Of a stretch of 24,397 nt of DNA, positions 20,786-24,397 are shown one piece after another (position 1 is the first letter of the stretch; every line of letters begins with the position of its first letter). The stretch is taken from contig MEDY01000022.1 in NCBI GenBank assembly GCA_001724265.1, positions 124,001-148,397 on the forward strand, read 5' to 3'. The position numbers were made by a program, and so were the translations under genes. The notes under the pieces are model-generated. The model was not told the origin of the DNA. It saw only the letters and a list, made by a program, of their open reading frames with translations, and ran no database searches. The stretch comes from Rhizaria sp. SCN 62-66 (Eukaryota).

Positions 20786-21532
20786 ATGAGCACTCAAGAC
20801 ATGAAGCGCCCCGTTCTGGAGGTCTGGGAGCCTACCTACCGCATGAAGCCTTCCGTTGATGAGTCATTCATCCCCGTCCAGGTCGAGACCATCATTAAGG
20901 AGGTCACCGACCGCCGTCTCCGCAAGGTACGTTACCGCCACCCTCGTCTCCCTCCACAACTTGCCCTGATCTTATACTCCTATTCGTTCTCCTCTCGGAC
21001 TGTCCCATTTTTGCTGGTACTGACCCCTCTCCAATTTACTATTCCTGCGCTTCTTTTCACTTGAGTAGGTTCAATACGACGAGGCGACCTGCCGCCAGCT
21101 GTCTCAGGAGCTCTGCGTTGAAATCAAGGACCGCGTTAAGGGTACGTCATTGTAGCTATGAAAATTTGTAAATCTGCTTGTCGTTGTTTCTTAACGATGA
21201 TTTATCTTGTGCCATATAATCTAATGTAGCATTATCTCACTGCTCAGAGTTCTCCGCTCACAATCCTTCCTTGTCTCTCTCTTTGCTTTGCCACTCACTC
21301 TTTGCCTCTATCTTCACTTCGCTCCGCTGATCTTGCCTGCTTCCGCTCAGAGCTCAACCTGCCCCGCTACAAGCTTGTCCTGCAGAGCGTGATCGGCGAG
21401 GTCCAGGGCCAGGGCGCGTTCACTGCGTCCCGCTGCTTGTGGGACACCGAGGTGGACAACTACGCCTCGTACTCGTTCAAGAACGCCTCCATCTTCTGCG
21501 TTGTCATGGTCTTTGGCATCTACGTCGACTAA
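20786..21532 (+). CDS. Tctex1-domain dynein light chain (TCTEX1D2/Tctex2b-like), 131 aa, 3 exons
   Basis: Exons 20786-20926, 21069-21141, 21351-21532; motifs TYRMKP, IKDRVKELNLPRYKLV, IGEVQGQG, SRCLWD..DNYAS, FCVVMVFGIY; TAA stop. Confidence 0.92.
20927..21068 (+). other. spliceosomal intron (142 nt)
   Basis: AAG|GTACGT ... tag|GTT, phase 0. Confidence 0.88.
21142..21350 (+). other. spliceosomal intron (209 nt)
   Basis: G|GTACGT ... gctgat...ctcag|AG, phase 1 giving GAG. Confidence 0.9.
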
Positions 21533-21994
21533 AGCAACGACACTCAAACTCTAGCGCTCACTTACACATGTAACGCAACAGCTGTGTCTACTGTGCTCGC
21601 GCTTTCCTGTTTGACTCGTTGCGCTTTGTTGCGTGTTGCGATTATATGATCTTGGATGATCTTGTATGCTACTACTAGTTTGTTTAGTTTGATTGTTCTG
21701 TGACTCGGTATATGTTTGGAGTACGATCATGATGATCTGCCCTTATTTTGCGCATTGACGCCACAAATAATACCACAAAAACACGTTCACAGTGTTCAAG
21801 CTGACGCACACCGTTTGCTTGTTATAATGCTTCAGCGGAGAAATAAACATAAAAACAAAATTAAAGACAAAATCCATAGTTCCACGTCCAGCAGCTTATT
21901 TTGGGAAGCACATGTGATTTGATTTGATTGTATTACGACCTGACCGATTCAACCGATTATCACTCATACACTGACAATTTTCTGTCTAAAGATT

Positions 21995-23351
21995 TCACTT
22001 ACTAGCAGCGGGGGCGTCAGCGGTAGTCGCAGCACCGGCAGCGTCAGCGCCGCCAGCCGCCGCGGCCGCTTTGCGCGCCTTGCAGTCGGCCTTGTGGCGC
22101 TTCCAGTCGAACTGCTGGTGGTCGGGGCTGCAGTAGTTGACCGTCTTGCACGCAGCGCAGCGCAGCGGGGCAGGCCGCGAGCAGCCCAGTTGCCCCTCGC
22201 CACAGACCTTGCCCTCGCCCGGCACAGCGCCACGGGGCGCGAGCGCGGCGGCGCCCGCCTTGCTGGCCAGCGCGGCCGCGGCCTGGCGCGCGGCGTCGGG
22301 ACCCGTCATAATCGAGGGGCGGGCGGCGGCCGCGGTACCCGTCGCGGTGTCCTTGCCGGAGGCGATGTTGGCCTTGATGGCCATCTGCGCCCAGGGGCGG
22401 TTGAGGTCGAGCTCGGCCATGGTGAAGTCGTGGCGGATGAAGTCGTCGTCGTTGTCGAAGGCCATCGCCACGAACGCGTCACCGAGCACCTACACAGCCG
22501 CAAGCGCAAAGAGCAAAGAGAAAAGATAAAAATATTGAAGACAGAGATGTAATTGTGAGATGTTGAGGGATTGTCAGAGCATAAGAAGCATGTAATTTCA
22601 CGCGTATTAACGGTTGTTAAGTCCGACGGATTTCAAGACATTGTTGAAATGACACAGTTACATTACACGAAGTGCGTATGCGTACCTGGACGGGGCGCTT
22701 GACAGCGCAGCAGAGGCTCGTGGCGCGCTCATTCAGAGGGAGCTTCTTCGCAATGCCCTGGTCGTCGCAGTAAAGAATGACGGTGCGGAAGTCGGACGCC
22801 TTGTTGTTGACGAGCAGAGGCACGTTGTCGACAGAGTTGGAAGAGTAGACTTGACGGATCATGTCATCGGTGACCTTGAGGTCCTTGAGTTGGGGCTGCT
22901 CCGCAATCTACAAAGGCAACAGGAATCAACACACAAGCACATTAATAAGTATATAATTACAAATTGAAGAACATACTCATACCGTGTCCGTTGACTCAGC
23001 GATTAGCTGTGTTTGTAGTTGACATCGTGTGGTGATGCTCGCGAAGAGTCCTTTGCAGCGAGTCGCGGCATACGTTCACTAAAGCGTGAGAGCAAGCAGT
23101 AACAGCAAAGGAAGACGTACCATCTTCTGGAGCTGGGCACCAACGGCGTCGAGCTCGGCGCGCTCAGTGGCGGCGTCCATGCTCTTCTTCCGCTCGACGT
23201 CGTAGTTAGCGAGGTGAGCCCTGACGTAGTCGGTCATGGCCGAGAGCTCCTCGTCTTTCTTGATGGGCACCTCAACGTGCACGACGGGCTTGTCATTATC
23301 AGCGGGGATGAGGACAGCGATGAAGCTGCTACGGGTTTCGGTGATCGGCAT
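21995..23351 (-). CDS. 315-aa protein with DUF3846-like domain and C-terminal MYND zinc finger, 3 exons
   Basis: Exons 23351-23121, 22907-22686, 22489-21995; YCDDQGIAKKLPLNERATSL...VLGDAFV; MYND C..C..RCAACKTVNYCSPDHQQFDWKRHKADC; TGA stop. Confidence 0.88.
22490..22685 (-). other. spliceosomal intron (196 nt)
   Basis: CAG|GTACGC ... pyrimidine tract ... gtgtag|GTG, phase 0. Confidence 0.88.
22908..23120 (-). other. spliceosomal intron (213 nt)
   Basis: ATG|GTACGT ... cctttgtag|ATT, phase 0. Confidence 0.88.
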
Positions 23352-23353
23352 TG

Positions 23354-23438
23354 CTGTGCAAGGACGATATAGGCGGCAGATGAGGGCAAGTGCGGGGTGT
23401 GAGGAGGGAGCGGTGTAGCGTGGGAGCTAGAGGCTTAC
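23354..23438 (-). other. probable 5'-UTR intron (85 nt)
   Basis: GTAAGC donor, C/T-rich body, gcacag acceptor 2 nt before the ATG. Confidence 0.5.
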
Positions 23439-24222
23439 GCAAAGCAGGTGTCAAGACAGGGACCGTCAGAGGAAATCTCAGTAGGTTCCCACGAGTTAAA
23501 TATATGTCGTCGACGCGATTTATAAATTATGTGCGCTGAGCATGCGATCTTAGCTCAGGCCAGGCTTTCGCAGTCACCCTCCACTCGCACCGCTTCAGCT
23601 CGAGCCATTGGCTTTGCGATTGTGGTGAGACTGTCCTTAACAGCGCTGTTCCAAGCATATACCTGTGTGACGGCAACAACAACAACATATACGCATATGT
23701 CTTTGAGAACCAGTCTTTGGTCTAAATAGCCCGCACTCATAATATGCTTTCGATCTACATACATTGGTATGACGAAGAGCTTATTCGAGTAATCGTTACA
23801 ACATGCAGGCGTGACACAAGATGCGCGAGTTCACACAACAGTCACGATAGAGCATCAGCAGCGTCATTAATGCATGTTTCATTTCGTGTTATTTTTCGGT
23901 GTGCTTAGTTATTTGTCGTTAAGCTGTAATTTTGTTTTGTATTATTGTTACTGATATTAGAAAACGCCTAGCAAACTGAAGGCTACTAGCTTGATGATTG
24001 ACGTTTAGTCGATAAACACTGACTTTAGATTAACATTCATAACTGTTACTCACTTGAGGCATACATTTTTGTTTTTGTTTTGAACATAAATTTGTTTAAC
24101 TAAGACTTGAACACCTTGATTTGCTCAAGCGTCTGACTGATGCCGGCCGTCGCGTCGCAGTGCGTACTGCAGCGACTTTAACTTAGAGAGACCGCATGTC
24201 GCCAGAGGGGGCATTGACGTGC

Positions 24223-24397
24223 TTAGTCGACCTCCTCAACCTTGACGTTGGCAGGACCGGAGGAGGGCGCGTTGCCGCCGCCGAAGCCCGCATCCTCTCC
24301 GTCGCCCATGCCAGCGCCAGCAGCGCCGTCGGGCATGCCGCCGGCCTGGTAGAGCTTGGTGATGATGGGGGCGCAGACGCCCTCGAGCTCCTTCTGC
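24223..24397 (-). CDS. HSP70: Cytosolic Hsp70, C-terminal fragment (5'-partial)
   Basis: [24 protein letters not shown]...[11 protein letters not shown] followed by TAA; EEVD terminus; not in the ORF track. Confidence 0.95.
   Translation of the reverse strand, partial: QKELEGVCAPIITKLYQAGGMPDGAAGAGMGDGEDAGFGGGNAPSSGPANVKVEEVD

Noticed and set aside
21063-21068. GAGTAG tandem acceptor: use of GAG would place a third in-frame TAG in the Tctex gene
   Set aside because: TAG is the better YAG acceptor and RLRKVQYD fits the family without an extra residue; not counted as recoding evidence
24154-24176. Small hairpin (GCAGTG-CG-TACTGC) in the Hsp70 3' UTR
   Set aside because: Short stem expected by chance in a GC-rich patch; no SECIS or other recognisable features

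Overview
Gene-dense nuclear DNA from a eukaryote, most likely a flagellated protist. It has GC-rich exons, AT-richer intergenic DNA, eight 134-213 nt GT-AG introns and a Tctex1D2-type dynein light chain. Eight protein genes can be reconstructed: a TmcB-like multi-TM/PAS protein (minus, runs off the left edge); a ~2,770-aa protein with an Ala/Glu/Lys helical rod and a C-terminal FYVE domain (two frameshifts inside 18-bp tandem arrays); an orphan 247-aa protein; adenylosuccinate synthetase with an organellar-type presequence; a greatly expanded Gemin2-like protein; a Tctex1-domain dynein light chain; a DUF3846-like + MYND-finger protein; and the 3' end of a cytosolic Hsp70. The main signal is that two unrelated, otherwise intact genes each carry a single in-frame TAG (2073-2075 minus; 17331-17333 plus), while all seven gene ends visible in the window use TAA (5) or TGA (2) and none uses TAG. 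This suggests a variant nuclear genetic code in which UAG alone is a sense codon (Gln is the best guess). Base-call errors and cryptic 60-nt introns remain alternatives. All family assignments come from motif recognition by eye, not database searches.
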